From positions 4,672,001-4,736,000 of the forward strand of contig OZ253470.1 in assembly GCA_965261735.1 (NCBI GenBank): a DNA stretch of 64,000 bases. Reading direction: 5' to 3'. This stretch comes from Alphaproteobacteria bacterium. GTDB lineage: Bacteria > Pseudomonadota > Alphaproteobacteria > SHVV01. The position numbers were made by a program, and so were the translations under genes. The notes below the pieces were generated by a model. That model had not been told where the DNA came from. It was given only the letters and a program-made list of their open reading frames with translations, and made no database searches. This document shows, piece after piece, positions 37,661-48,180 of the stretch; within the stretch, counting starts at the first letter, position 1, and each line of letters starts with the position of its first letter.

Positions 37661-38683
37661 TTATGGCAGGTACTCGTTGGTGAAATACGTGGTTGCCGCG
37701 GCCGGTACGGTAATCAGCTTTTCCTGGACCGCCCAATCGAGCGATTCCTGCCAGATCGCCACGTCCTGGACGAGCATCTTGCCGTCGGCGGTGAACCAGT
37801 CACCCTTCGCGCCCTCGGCGATCTTGGTATGCTGGGCCAGCGTAAAAATCTCGTTGCCCTTGGCGATGACCTCGTTGGTTGGCCCGGGATTGGCGAAGAA
37901 GTCGCGCGCGCCCTTTTCCGTCGCCCGCAGGAAGCGACAGGTCGCGGCGGCGTTCTTCCTGACCCAGTTCTCGTTGCCAACGAGGACCTGGTAGTAGAAG
38001 GCGGGGACGCCGAAGTCGCGGTAGAGCAGCCAACGCACGGGGCCCTTGCCCTGTCCTGCCAACACCTCGTCGGCGACGATGCCCTCGCCGTACGTGATGC
38101 CGTGGGCGGCGTCGACCTTGTCCTCGACGATGAGGGCGACATGGGCGAAGCCCGGGTCGATGACCTTGACATCGTCGACGGTCAGGCCGCCCGACTTGAG
38201 GACGCTGCGCAAAAACGCCTGGGCATCGAGCTTGGGTCCGACGCCCAGCGTCATGCCCTTGAGATCGGCCGCCGACTGAATCGCCTTATCGCCCTTGAAG
38301 AACAGGCCCGACGAGATAACCCGCAACATCGCGGCGACCGAAATCACCGGAATGCCGGTATCGCGGGAGATCATGACCTCGGGCACGTAGGTCATGCTGA
38401 ACTGTACGCGCTCGCGCGCCACCAGCTTGATCGGGTCGGCCGGGTTGGCCGGCGAGATGACGTTAACCTCGAGCCCCTCGGCCTTGTAGAAGCCGTTGTT
38501 GATAGCCGAGAAAAACGGGCCCTGGACCGCCCACGGGAGCCAGTCCGCCATGACCGTGATCTTGGTTGTCTCGGCGGGCGAATCGCAGGGTCCCGCCAAG
38601 GCGTCGCGGGCCGGCACGCTAGTTGCGATCAGCGCAGCGGCGAGTGCCGCGGCGCCAAGTGTCCGAAATGAAATGTCAATCAC
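37661..38683 (-). CDS. NMT1/THI5-like ABC substrate-binding protein (ThiY-like)
   Basis: Signal peptide, DWLP, GFYKAEGLEV, ADPIKLVA, FTNEYLP. Confidence 0.85.
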   Translation of the reverse strand: MIDISFRTLGAAALAAALIATSVPARDALAGPCDSPAETTKITVMADWLPWAVQGPFFSAINNGFYKAEGLEVNVISPANPADPIKLVARERVQFSMTYVPEVMISRDTGIPVISVAAMLRVISSGLFFKGDKAIQSAADLKGMTLGVGPKLDAQAFLRSVLKSGGLTVDDVKVIDPGFAHVALIVEDKVDAAHGITYGEGIVADEVLAGQGKGPVRWLLYRDFGVPAFYYQVLVGNENWVRKNAAATCRFLRATEKGARDFFANPGPTNEVIAKGNEIFTLAQHTKIAEGAKGDWFTADGKMLVQDVAIWQESLDWAVQEKLITVPAAATTYFTNEYLP

Positions 38684-38723
38684 CTTACTCCTCCCTCTCC
38701 TCTAGTTGCCTTCAATACCAGGG

Positions 38724-39524
38724 CTAAACAGCCGCAAAGCCCGGGCTCGCGGCCTTCACGCTTTCATCGTAAATCTGATCGAGCACGATTTTTTTCAGCT
38801 CGTTGAACCGCGCCGAGGTCAGCATGGTGTGGTCCCGCGGCCGATCCAGGTCGATGACCAGCTCGCCCTTGATGCGCCCCGGACGCGCCGACATCATCAG
38901 CACCCGATCGGACAGGAACACCGCCTCCTCGATGTCGTGGGTGATGAAGATGATCGTACGGTGGTCCTTCTCCCAGATGCTAAGCAGCCACTCCTGCATG
39001 ACCGAGCGGGTGAGCGCATCGAGCGCGCCGAACGGCTCGTCGAGCAGCAGGATGCTGCGGTCGCACAGCAGCGTGCGCATAAGGGCGGCGCGCTGGCGCA
39101 TGCCACCGGAAAGCTGGCTCGGATAGTTGTCGGCGAAGCCGCCGAGTCCGAATTCATCGAGGATCCGCTGTGCGCGCTCCTGCGCCTCTTTGCGCTTGGT
39201 GCCCAGCACCTCGATGCCGAGCGCCACGTTCTCTCGGATGTTGCGCCAGGGGAACAGCAGATCCTTCTGGAACATGTAGCTGAAATGTTCGTGCCGGACC
39301 GCGACCTCACTACCGTCGATCAGGATGTGTCCCGAGGTCGGCTCGAGCAGGCCGGCGATGATGTTGAGCAAGGTCGTCTTGCCGCAACCGCTGGGCCCGA
39401 CAATGGTGAGAAACTCCTTGGCCCGGACCGACAGGTCGGTGGACTCGACGGCCACGACGTCGAGCCCGTCGCCCTGCGGCGGAAACACCTTGTGGATGCC
39501 GACCAGCGTGACCTTGTCGTTCAC
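38724..39524 (-). CDS. NitT/TauT-type ABC ATP-binding protein
   Basis: GPSGCGKT, LSGGMRQR, LLDEPFGALD, THDIEEA. Confidence 0.93.
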   Translation of the reverse strand: MNDKVTLVGIHKVFPPQGDGLDVVAVESTDLSVRAKEFLTIVGPSGCGKTTLLNIIAGLLEPTSGHILIDGSEVAVRHEHFSYMFQKDLLFPWRNIRENVALGIEVLGTKRKEAQERAQRILDEFGLGGFADNYPSQLSGGMRQRAALMRTLLCDRSILLLDEPFGALDALTRSVMQEWLLSIWEKDHRTIIFITHDIEEAVFLSDRVLMMSARPGRIKGELVIDLDRPRDHTMLTSARFNELKKIVLDQIYDESVKAASPGFAAV

Positions 39525-39636
39525 CGGCGGCGCCCCCCGTCCGCGCTCGCACGGCCCCGGAGGTGCATGGGGCGCTCGTTACCTACAGTTGTCACCGTGT
39601 CCCCCCGCAAATGCAGCGCTCGCCTACCGACGACGC

Positions 39637-40410
39637 TTAGGCGGCCTTTTTGTGCTGTGGCCAGAACGCCTGCGGAAGGTCGAGATCGGCGGCCTTGAAC
39701 ACGCCGTCCCAGCATTCCCACAGCCGGTCACGAACGAACCTGGCGTTGCCGTAGAAGCGCCGCCGCTGTAGCGGCGTATGGGCGTAGGCGCGGATCAGCT
39801 TCCTGCCCTCCGCCGCGTGCTCCATATCGCCCTCGATGTGGACGATGAAGATGTCGAGGTCGCGGTTCGTGAAGCCGAAGTGCTTCTTGAGCGGTGGCAC
39901 CAGGCGGATGTAGAAATCCGGCAGCATCGCTTCGCCGCCGACCATGCCGGCGGCCATCGCCAGCGCCGGCTCGTCGTGGATGCCGAAATGCACGATGTCC
40001 TCCATCGCGTCGCCGAGCTGGGGGTGGGGGCGCAGCCGTCCCTCGCGGTTCGCCGCCTCGATCTCGCCCCTGTCGTACCCACACGCCTCGGCAAACTCGA
40101 TCGCCAATACGTAGTGCGCGGCGTGACCACAACGCTCCTCGGTCTCTTCGTCGATGAGGTTCTCCATGATGGCGGTACGGGCGCCGAGATCCATGTTGTG
40201 CATCAGGCACGATCCGATGTTACGCACGCTATGGTTGTAGTAGTACATCATCTGATAGCAGATCTTGTTGATCTGATCGCGGGCAACCTCGCCCCGCACC
40301 AGGCGGTCGAGAAACGGGTGGTCGGCGAGCCGGCGCTGCTCGATCATGCCGGTGATCGTATCGACGAACTCATCGGGCTTCATCTCGCGGGTGACATCGA
40401 TGCCATCCAT
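39637..40410 (-). CDS. Heme-oxygenase-like diiron protein (CADD/PqqC/TenA fold) with an intact metal-ligand set
   Basis: DHPF, ENLIDEE...H, GGEAMLP, HIEGDMEH (HxxxDxxH). Confidence 0.78.
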   Translation of the reverse strand: MDGIDVTREMKPDEFVDTITGMIEQRRLADHPFLDRLVRGEVARDQINKICYQMMYYYNHSVRNIGSCLMHNMDLGARTAIMENLIDEETEERCGHAAHYVLAIEFAEACGYDRGEIEAANREGRLRPHPQLGDAMEDIVHFGIHDEPALAMAAGMVGGEAMLPDFYIRLVPPLKKHFGFTNRDLDIFIVHIEGDMEHAAEGRKLIRAYAHTPLQRRRFYGNARFVRDRLWECWDGVFKAADLDLPQAFWPQHKKAA

Positions 40411-40527
40411 GGTTGGCTCTCCCGGCTCTCTTCGGCGCCGCTCACATCGCGGCGTCGGTCTCTATCAGGTCGCTACGGTATTCCACGGGACGCGACCCTG
40501 CAACAGCCGGCGAAACTGGCGAAAGGT

Positions 40528-41235
40528 CTAGGCGGCGCGCGTGCCCTGCGCACCAACGAACAGCGAATCCCAGCATGCGTACCATTCATCGCGCAGCCGC
40601 TCGGTGTAGTACACCAGGCGCAGCCGATCGAACGTGTCGCGGCAGTGCTGGAGCGCGTGGTCGACGTCGGACGGAGCGAATAGCGCCGGCGCCTTAAAGA
40701 CGCGAAGCGCGCTCTCGGGAACCCCGTAGTGGGTCCTGAACGCCTTGGCCAGGGCACGGTTGAGGCCCTTCATCTGGGACTCGACCGCGGCGCAGGCGCC
40801 TAGCGTGACCCAGTACACGGGCCGTTCCATTGTCGCGATGACCTCGCCAAAACGGTCTTCCAGCGTCGACGAAAGAGCTGCGGCCCGGGCCGCCTTGGCC
40901 GACACGCCGAGCGCCCGCGCCAGCTCCCGCGCCAGCGCCGCATGCGCGCCCTCGCCGATGCGCAAGCTGGTGCCGTCGCCGAGCTTGATCGGGGTCAGCA
41001 TTTTGTCGACGAAGAGGCGGCGGATCGTGTAGTCGGCGCTGTTCATGTACATCGGGCCGTAGAGCTCGATGACGTTGTCGTAATAGGGGATGAGCTGCGT
41101 CGCGACATCGCGCACCTGCCGCTTCGATGCGCGACCGGTCCGGAACTGCGCCTTGAACCACGGATGATCGACGATGCGGCGTTGGAGCGCGGTGCCGTAC
41201 AACGTCTCGGCATTCACGACCGGTTCGGCGCTCAT
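40528..41235 (-). CDS. Divergent CADD/PqqC/TenA-fold protein lacking most diiron ligands
   Basis: DHPWF, HAALARELARALG, VESQM, ACWD are colinear with the neighbour; EE and HxxxDxxH are absent. Confidence 0.65.
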   Translation of the reverse strand: MSAEPVVNAETLYGTALQRRIVDHPWFKAQFRTGRASKRQVRDVATQLIPYYDNVIELYGPMYMNSADYTIRRLFVDKMLTPIKLGDGTSLRIGEGAHAALARELARALGVSAKAARAAALSSTLEDRFGEVIATMERPVYWVTLGACAAVESQMKGLNRALAKAFRTHYGVPESALRVFKAPALFAPSDVDHALQHCRDTFDRLRLVYYTERLRDEWYACWDSLFVGAQGTRAA

Positions 41236-41453
41236 CGATTCTCTCTCTCGGAGGATAACTTGGTGTCCAGGTATAGGAATCGCCTAGGCGAGTCAAGCCG
41301 GGGCCAACGCCGCATCGGGCGGGGGTGATGTAGCCTGGCCGAGGCCCGAAAACGGCCACCCGGGCGCGCCTTGCCGGGCCTGCCGCCATCCGTTATGGTG
41401 CGCGCCGCCGCACAGACATCACAATAATACGTCCCTGGGGAGGAGCCCTGAAC

Positions 41454-42305
41454 ATGCGTTTCGCCACACTCGTCGGTCCCGACCGCCAGTCCTATTTCGT
41501 GCGCGTCAAGGATGGGGTCGCGACTCCCATCGGCCGTGCCTATGAGCGGCCCGGTGCCGACCCGCTGCGCGACCTCCTCGAGGCCCGCAAGAGCCCGGCC
41601 CGCGCGCCGGCCATCGCCGATCCCTTTCCCGCCGGCCGCGCCCGCCACCACCCGGCGGTCACCGCGCCGTCGAAGATCGTCGCCATTGGCCTCAACTACC
41701 GCAAGCACGCCAAGGAGACGAACAATCCTCTTCCCAAGGCGCCAATGTCGTGGTGCAAGTACACGAGCAGCCTGCTCGGCCACAACCGGCCGATTCGCTA
41801 CCGGCGCAAGGATTCGACCAAGATCGATTACGAGACCGAGCTCGCGTTCGTCTTTGGGAGTCGCGCGCGCGACGTCAAGAAGTCCAAGGCCCTCGATTAT
41901 GTCTTCGGCTACACCATGTGCAACGACGTCACCGCGCGCGACCACCAGTTTGCGGAGGGGCAGTTCGCGCGTAGCAAAAGCTTCGACACCTTCTCGCCGC
42001 TGGGACCCGTGATCGTCACCGCGGACGAGATTCCCGATCCACAAGCCATCACCATCCGCACCCGGCTCAACGGCAAGGTGATGCAGGAGGAGACGACCGG
42101 CGACATGGTGTTCTCGTGCGCCGAGCTCATCGAGTACCTGTCGCGCTTCTTCACCTTCGAGCCGGGCGACGTGGTCAGCACGGGCACGCCGTCCGGTGTG
42201 GGCGTCGCCCGCAAGCCGCCGGTGTTTATGAAGAACGGCGATATCGTCGAGGTCGAGGGCGACAAGATCGGCACCCTGCGCAACCCCGTCCAGGTCTACA
42301 AGTAG
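41454..42305 (+). CDS. Fumarylacetoacetate hydrolase family protein
   Basis: IGLNY, DYETEL, NDVTARD, KSFDTF, TGTPSGVG. Confidence 0.92.
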   Translation: MRFATLVGPDRQSYFVRVKDGVATPIGRAYERPGADPLRDLLEARKSPARAPAIADPFPAGRARHHPAVTAPSKIVAIGLNYRKHAKETNNPLPKAPMSWCKYTSSLLGHNRPIRYRRKDSTKIDYETELAFVFGSRARDVKKSKALDYVFGYTMCNDVTARDHQFAEGQFARSKSFDTFSPLGPVIVTADEIPDPQAITIRTRLNGKVMQEETTGDMVFSCAELIEYLSRFFTFEPGDVVSTGTPSGVGVARKPPVFMKNGDIVEVEGDKIGTLRNPVQVYK

Positions 42306-42354
42306 CGCGGGACGAGCCGGCGCTGGCCCGCCCAACCTCACGGGCGGCCGAGCC

Positions 42355-43194
42355 TCAGCCCGCCTTGGTCCGGCGCGCGCGGCCCGAGCGTCCGGCGCGC
42401 CCGTGGTGCACGATCTCGGGGCCCATGAAGCCGAGGGCGGCGCCGCCGTCGATGGGAATCAACACGCCCGTCATCCAGGACGACTTCTCGGAGGCGAGGA
42501 ACGAGACCAGCTCCGAGACGTCGTCGGGCTCACCCGTCCGCCCCAGCGGATACCTTGAGTTGCGCTGCTTGAGGTCGGCCTCGTAGTCCTTGCGCGACAC
42601 GCCTTCCGGGAAATAGATCTCGCTGCGCACCAGGGCCGGGCTGATGATGTTGACGCGGACGCCGAAGGGGCCGAGCTCCAGTGCTAACGATTTCGAGAAG
42701 GCATCGATGCCGCCTTTTGAAGTCGCATAGACCATGTGCCCGAAGCCGGGGCGGTAGGACAGGCTCGACGAGATGTTGATGATCGAGCCTTTGGTCTTCT
42801 TCAGCGCCGGGATGCACGCGAGCGAGAAGTTCATCGTGCCGTAGAGGTTGATGCCCATCGTGTAGGCGATGGCTTCTTGCGTGACCTTGTCATAGGTCTG
42901 GCGGCGCACGACGCCGGCGTTGTTGACCAGCACGTCGATGCGGCCGAAGTCGGCGAGGACACTCTTGACCGTCTGCTTGACCTGCTTTAGGTCGGCGATG
43001 TCGCATACGTAGGGGTGGAGCTTCTCGCCGCGGCGCGGCTTGAGGCGGCCTGCGCGGCGGCCGATCACGGCGACCGTGAAGCCGTCGTCGACGAGCGTGT
43101 TGGCGGCGTCACGCCCGAGGCCGGTGCCACCGCCGGTGACGATCGCAACCCTCTTTGCGTTGGGGCGTCTCTTTGTTGTCGCCGTTCTCGCCAT
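42355..43194 (-). CDS. SDR oxidoreductase with basic terminal extensions
   Basis: TGGGTGLG, NNAG, YATSK, IDGG. Confidence 0.9.
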   Translation of the reverse strand: MARTATTKRRPNAKRVAIVTGGGTGLGRDAANTLVDDGFTVAVIGRRAGRLKPRRGEKLHPYVCDIADLKQVKQTVKSVLADFGRIDVLVNNAGVVRRQTYDKVTQEAIAYTMGINLYGTMNFSLACIPALKKTKGSIINISSSLSYRPGFGHMVYATSKGGIDAFSKSLALELGPFGVRVNIISPALVRSEIYFPEGVSRKDYEADLKQRNSRYPLGRTGEPDDVSELVSFLASEKSSWMTGVLIPIDGGAALGFMGPEIVHHGRAGRSGRARRTKAG

Positions 43195-43205
43195 GGTTCC
43201 TCCCC

Positions 43206-44191
43206 TTAGCTGTCGAGCGTTTCCATCATCGCCTGCGGATAGCGTGGTCCCGAGGCCGCGCCGGGCGGCAATGCCCGGTCGAGCTCGGCGAGCTCGTCGC
43301 CCGACAGGGTGAGGTCGAGGGCGGCCACGTTCTCTTCGAGATAGGCGCGCCGCTGCGTCCCCGGGATCGGAATCACGTGATCGTCGCAGTGCACGACCCA
43401 GGCGAGCGCGAGCTGCGCCGGCGTGCACCCTTGTTCCCGGCGATGTCGGCGATGGCGCGGACGAGTTCGAGGTTGCGGGTGAAATTCTCGCCTTGAAAGC
43501 GCGGATGGTTGTGGCGCCGGTCGCTCTCGGGGAGCGCGCCCACGTCCTTGACGCTGCCCGCCAGCATGCCGCGCCCGAGTGGGCTGTAGGCGACGAAGGC
43601 GACGCCGAGGGCGCGGCTCGCGGCGAGCGAACCCGACTGATTGTCGCGGCTCCACAGCGACAGCTCGCTCTGCAGGGCAGCGATCGGGCATACGGCCATC
43701 GCGCGTTCGAGCGTCGCTCCGGAGGCCTCGGAGAGGCCGACATAGCGGACCTTCCCGGCCTCGCGCAGCTTCGCCATGGCGCCCATGGAGTCCTCGATCG
43801 GGACGTTGGGATCGACCCGGTGCAGGTAGTAAAGGTCGATGGTCTCAACGCCGAGGCGTTTGAGACTGGCGTCGCACGCTTGGAGGATGTAATCGGGGCG
43901 GCCGTCGAGGGACAGGCCTTGGGCGCCGAACTTGTTGCCGCATTTGGTGGCGAGGAAGACGCCCTCGCGCCGGCCCCGGATGGCGCGGCCAACGAATTCC
44001 TCGTTCTCGCCATTGCCGTAGACATCGGCAGTGTCGAGAAAGGTGACGCCAAGCTCCAGCGCGCGCTCGATAGTGGCGCGGGCCTCGCCGTCGTCGCGCA
44101 CGCCGTACCAGCCGGCCATGCCCATGCAGCCGAGGCCGAGCGCGGAGACGAGCGGGCCGCCGCGGCCGAGCTCGCGTGTCTTCATATCCAC
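43206..44191 (-). pseudogene. Aldo/keto reductase, frameshifted (real pseudogene or sequencing error)
   Basis: GLGCMGM...YSPLGRG in one frame and TPAQLALAW...IPGT in another; one base missing at the CCC run 43428-43430. Confidence 0.8.
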
Positions 44192-44210
44192 GGTTCCTCG
44201 CTTGCTCGGG

Positions 44211-45197
44211 CTAAAGGTTGAGGCGGCCCATCATCGCCTCGGGGTAGCGCTCGCCGGCGGGCGCGCTCGGCGGCACTGCCGTATCGAGGCGGGCGAGCTC
44301 AGCCTCGGTGAGGACGATGTCGGCTGCAGCGAGATTTTCCTCGAGGTAAGTGCGCCGCTGCGTCCCCGGTATGGGCACGATGTCCTCGCCCTTGTTCAAT
44401 ACCCAGGCGAGCGCGATCTGGGCTGGCGTCACGTTGCGCTCGGCGGCGAGCGCCGCCACCTCGCCGAGCAGATCGAGGTTGCGCTCCATGTTGCCTTCCT
44501 GGAAGCGCGGGAAGCGCCGGCGTACGTCGCCCGCCGCGAGGTCGTCGATCTTGTGGATGACACCGGACAGGAGGCCCCGGCCGAGCGGGCTGTAGGCCAC
44601 GAAACCGATGCCGAGCTCGCGGCACACATCCAGGTGCCCTATTTCGGGCTCTCTGGCGAGTAATGAGTACTCGGTCTGCAGCGCGGTGATCGGATGCACG
44701 CCGTGGGCGCGGCGGATGGTCTCGGGCGCCGCCTCGGAGAGGCCGATGTGTCGCACCTTGCCCGCCTCCACGAGCCGCGCCATGGCCCCGACCGTATCCT
44801 CGATCGGGCAATTGGAGTCGACGCGGTGGAGATAGTAGAGGTCGATGACGTCGGTGCCGAGGCGGCTCAGGCTGCCCTCGCACGCCTTCGCCGCGTAGGC
44901 GGGGCTGCCATCGACGTCGACCGAGGCACCGGAGTCGTTCCACACGTGCCCGAACTTGGTCGCCAGGAACACCCGATCGCGGCGCCCGCGCAGCGCCTCG
45001 CCGACGAAACGCTCGTTGTCGCCGGCGCCATAGACGTCGGCCGTATCGAGGAAGTCGACGCCGAGCTCGAAGGCGCGTTCGAGCGTGGCACGAGCCTCGC
45101 CGTCGTCGCGCACCCCGTACCATCCGGCCATGCCCATGCAGCCGAGGCCCAGGGCCGAGACCTCGGGGCCGTCGCGCCCGAGCTTGCGTCTTTGCAT
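44211..45197 (-). CDS. Aldo/keto reductase
   Basis: [32 protein letters not shown]. Confidence 0.93.
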   Translation of the reverse strand: MQRRKLGRDGPEVSALGLGCMGMAGWYGVRDDGEARATLERAFELGVDFLDTADVYGAGDNERFVGEALRGRRDRVFLATKFGHVWNDSGASVDVDGSPAYAAKACEGSLSRLGTDVIDLYYLHRVDSNCPIEDTVGAMARLVEAGKVRHIGLSEAAPETIRRAHGVHPITALQTEYSLLAREPEIGHLDVCRELGIGFVAYSPLGRGLLSGVIHKIDDLAAGDVRRRFPRFQEGNMERNLDLLGEVAALAAERNVTPAQIALAWVLNKGEDIVPIPGTQRRTYLEENLAAADIVLTEAELARLDTAVPPSAPAGERYPEAMMGRLNL

Positions 45198-45377
45198 GAT
45201 CCCCCCCTTTCGTTGGCGGCTGAGTGTGCCCGCTCGCCGCCACCGGCGCAAGCCGCCGGGCGCATTGCACGCCTCCCAGGTTTGTTTTATAACCGCGTGA
45301 GGGCGGCTCGATAATGCGCGATTTTTCAATGCGTTATGAGACTCGCGCCGCCACGAAACACAGAGCCGGAGAGCACC

Positions 45378-46262
45378 ATGTCGTTCGATGATATGCCGGA
45401 CCGCGGCAAGCTGATGTTGCCCGGCGCGCAGGAGTATGCGGAGCGCGCGCTCGATGTCTCCAAGAAGGTGGCGGCCTCGACCCGCAACCTGATCGATGTC
45501 GCCTATGGCGAGGACTACTGGCAGAAGATCGACATCTTCCTGCCCGACGATGAGAGCGTGCGCGACGTACCGGTGCTCCTCTTCATGCACGGCGGCGCCT
45601 GGCGCCACGGCTTCAAGGAGTGGATGGGCTTCATGGCGCCGCAGTTCATCGATCTGCCGGCGATCTTCGTTTCCGTCGGCTATCGCCTGGCGCCCGAGGC
45701 CAAGTACCCCAAGCCGCTGGAGGACTGCTTCGCGGCGCTCGAATGGGTGTACCGGAACATCATGGCCCACGGCGGCGACAAGCGGCGCATCTTCATCGGC
45801 GGCCATTCCGCGGGCGCGCATTTGGCGGCCCTGGTGGCGCTGCGCAAGGACCTCGCGCTCGCGCGGCTCATGCCCAAGGACGTGATCAAGGGATGCTTCC
45901 CCGTGAGCGGGGCCCTCAACCTGCACCTCGATGAGGTCGAGCCGGGCGGGCGCCGCGAGATGGTCATCAACCTGCTGCTGGAGAGCCCCGAGCAGGACCG
46001 CGAGGCGAGCGCCATCGACCATGTGGACGGCAACACCACGCCCTTCTTTCTCACCTGGGGTTCGCAGGACTTACCCGAACTCATCGAGCACAATCGGCAG
46101 ATGGTGCCGCTGATGAAGGCCCAGCCCTGCGTGTTCGAACACTACGAGTTCGAGGGGGCGAACCACTTCGACACCAATGAAGCGGCCTACGACCGCGACT
46201 CTCTCTGGGTTCGCAAGGTGCGCGACTGGATGGTCAACACGCCGTCCCTGGTCACCGCCTGA
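45378..46262 (+). CDS. Alpha/beta hydrolase (HSL/arylformamidase-like)
   Basis: HGGAW, YRLAP, GHSAG, NHF. Confidence 0.85.
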   Translation: MSFDDMPDRGKLMLPGAQEYAERALDVSKKVAASTRNLIDVAYGEDYWQKIDIFLPDDESVRDVPVLLFMHGGAWRHGFKEWMGFMAPQFIDLPAIFVSVGYRLAPEAKYPKPLEDCFAALEWVYRNIMAHGGDKRRIFIGGHSAGAHLAALVALRKDLALARLMPKDVIKGCFPVSGALNLHLDEVEPGGRREMVINLLLESPEQDREASAIDHVDGNTTPFFLTWGSQDLPELIEHNRQMVPLMKAQPCVFEHYEFEGANHFDTNEAAYDRDSLWVRKVRDWMVNTPSLVTA

Positions 46263-46351
46263 GCGCAGGCCGCCGTGCGTAGCGCACGTTGACACCCCAA
46301 GGGGTGGCCACTAACTTCGCGCCAAATCCGTAAACCCGGGCAGGGGAGGGG

Positions 46352-47164
46352 ATGGCGCTTAGCGAGCACGATCTCGACTTCGAGGGCATCAAGGTCCATT
46401 GCTGGGAGGGCGGCACCGGCTTTCCCATCGTCATGCTGCACGGCTCCGGGCCCGGCGCCTCGACGCTCGGCAACTGGCGTCACGTCATGGACCCGCTGGC
46501 CGAGCGCTACCACGTGCTCGCCGCCGACCTCGTCGGCTTCGGCCTGTCGGGCCGCAAGCCTGCCGAGCCTTACTTCGATCTCGATCTATGGGTGCGCCAG
46601 GGCCAGTTCCTGATCGACCGGTTTCCCGATCAACCCGTCGGCCTCGTCGCCCACTCGCTGTCGGCCTACTTCGCGTTTCGCCTCGCGCTCGCGAATGTGC
46701 GCGTCACCAAGTTGTTGTTGACCGGCGCGGTCGGCCGGCCCTTCCGCATGGGCGCGGTCGGCGAGGCCGTGTGGACCTTCCCCGAGACGCGCGAGCAGCT
46801 GCGGGCGACGATGGAAGCCATCATCGCCGACCACTCGATGATCACCGAGGACTTCCTCGACAACCGCATGGCCGTTCTCAGCGACGCGCCCTACCGTGAG
46901 TACTTCTCCAAGATGTTTGCCGGCGACAAGCAGAAGTTCCTCGACGCGACGGTCATCCCCGAAGAGGAACTGGCGCAGCTCAAATGCGAGGTCACGCTGG
47001 TTCACGGCAAGGAGGATCAGGCGACGCCGTTCGAGGAGACCGCCGTGGCGCTATGCCGGGCGATTCGACAGGCGAACCTGTATGCGATCGCGCGCTGCGG
47101 GCACGGGCCCGCGCTCGAGCAGCCGGATCGATTCATGAGCGCCGCGAAGTTCTTGTTTGGCTGA
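46352..47164 (+). CDS. Alpha/beta hydrolase, meta-cleavage-product hydrolase-like (acidic paralog)
   Basis: HGSGPGAS..GNW, AHSLS, HGKED, CGH. Confidence 0.85.
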   Translation: MALSEHDLDFEGIKVHCWEGGTGFPIVMLHGSGPGASTLGNWRHVMDPLAERYHVLAADLVGFGLSGRKPAEPYFDLDLWVRQGQFLIDRFPDQPVGLVAHSLSAYFAFRLALANVRVTKLLLTGAVGRPFRMGAVGEAVWTFPETREQLRATMEAIIADHSMITEDFLDNRMAVLSDAPYREYFSKMFAGDKQKFLDATVIPEEELAQLKCEVTLVHGKEDQATPFEETAVALCRAIRQANLYAIARCGHGPALEQPDRFMSAAKFLFG

Positions 47165-47216
47165 GCGCGTTTAGCGCCGGCCACGGAAACGGCGACGCGA
47201 CAACAGGGGGGACCCG

Positions 47217-48032
47217 ATGGCGATTAAGGAATACGACGTCAAGTTCGAGGGCATGAAGGTGCATTGCTACGAGGGCGGCAAGGGCTACCCCATATTGCTT
47301 ATGCACGGCTCGGGCCCCGGCGCCTCGTCGGTCGGCAACTGGGCCAAGGTCCTGGGCCCGCTGGCGCGCCGCTATCACGTGCTGGCGCTCGACCTGATCG
47401 GGTTCGGGATGTCGGGGCGCAAGCCGAGGGAGCCCTATTTCGATAATGAGCTATGGACCCGCCAGGGCCAGTTCATGCTCAACCGGCTCGCCAAGAAGGG
47501 CCCCGTGGGGCTCATCGGCCACTCGTTGTCGGGCTACCTCGTGCTGCGCCTGGCCGCGAACAACGCGCGCGTCGACAAGGTCTTGGTGACCGGCTCGCTC
47601 GGGGCGAAATCGAAGCTCAACGGCGTCCTGCGCCGGGGCTGGACCTTCCCCGAGTCCGAAAAGGCGTTCCTCAACTTCTACCGCTCCGCCGTCGCCGATC
47701 CCTCCGTCATCACCAAGGAGTTCGTCAAGAACCGCATGGAGGTTCTGAACCAGGGCGACTACGGCGCCTACTTCACCAAGATGTTCAAGGGTGAGAAGCA
47801 GCGCTACCTGGACAAGTCGGTGCTGACCAAGGCCGAGCTCAAGCGGATCAAGTGCGAGGTCCTGATCCTGCATGGAGCGCAGGACCGGGCGGTGCCGTTC
47901 AAGCAGGCCGCGGTGCCGCTGGCCGACGCCATCCCGCAGGCCGATCTCATCCGCCTCGCCGCCTGCGGCCACGGGCCGGCGCTCGATCAATCGGGCAAGT
48001 TCGTCGACGTGGCGCGCGGGCTCTTCGGCTAA
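47217..48032 (+). CDS. Alpha/beta hydrolase, meta-cleavage-product hydrolase-like (basic paralog)
   Basis: HGSGPGAS..GNW, GHSLS, HGAQD, CGH; colinear with 46352-47164. Confidence 0.85.
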   Translation: MAIKEYDVKFEGMKVHCYEGGKGYPILLMHGSGPGASSVGNWAKVLGPLARRYHVLALDLIGFGMSGRKPREPYFDNELWTRQGQFMLNRLAKKGPVGLIGHSLSGYLVLRLAANNARVDKVLVTGSLGAKSKLNGVLRRGWTFPESEKAFLNFYRSAVADPSVITKEFVKNRMEVLNQGDYGAYFTKMFKGEKQRYLDKSVLTKAELKRIKCEVLILHGAQDRAVPFKQAAVPLADAIPQADLIRLAACGHGPALDQSGKFVDVARGLFG

Positions 48033-48180
48033 CGATTCTCATGTGCCGGAGCCGTTGCGCGTCGATTTTGACTGATGCCGACGATAGCCAGGGGTGCTAG
48101 TATCGACGCAAGAACACGGGGTCGGTAGCCCCGGAAAAGCAGAAGCGCGTCGCTCGGTGGTGGCGCAATGGAGGAAGCCG

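Noticed and set aside
39637-41235. PQQ biosynthesis or CADD-type pABA synthase
   Set aside because: No pqqA/B/D/E in the window, and the positions matching CADD Y27 and K152 are Leu by eye alignment
39525-41453. TPP riboswitch and a thiamin-salvage (tenA-thiXYZ) assignment
   Set aside because: No CTGAGA or other TPP-aptamer core in the intergenic regions on the coding strand, and the protein has diiron-type ligands; thiamin-related function is not fully excluded
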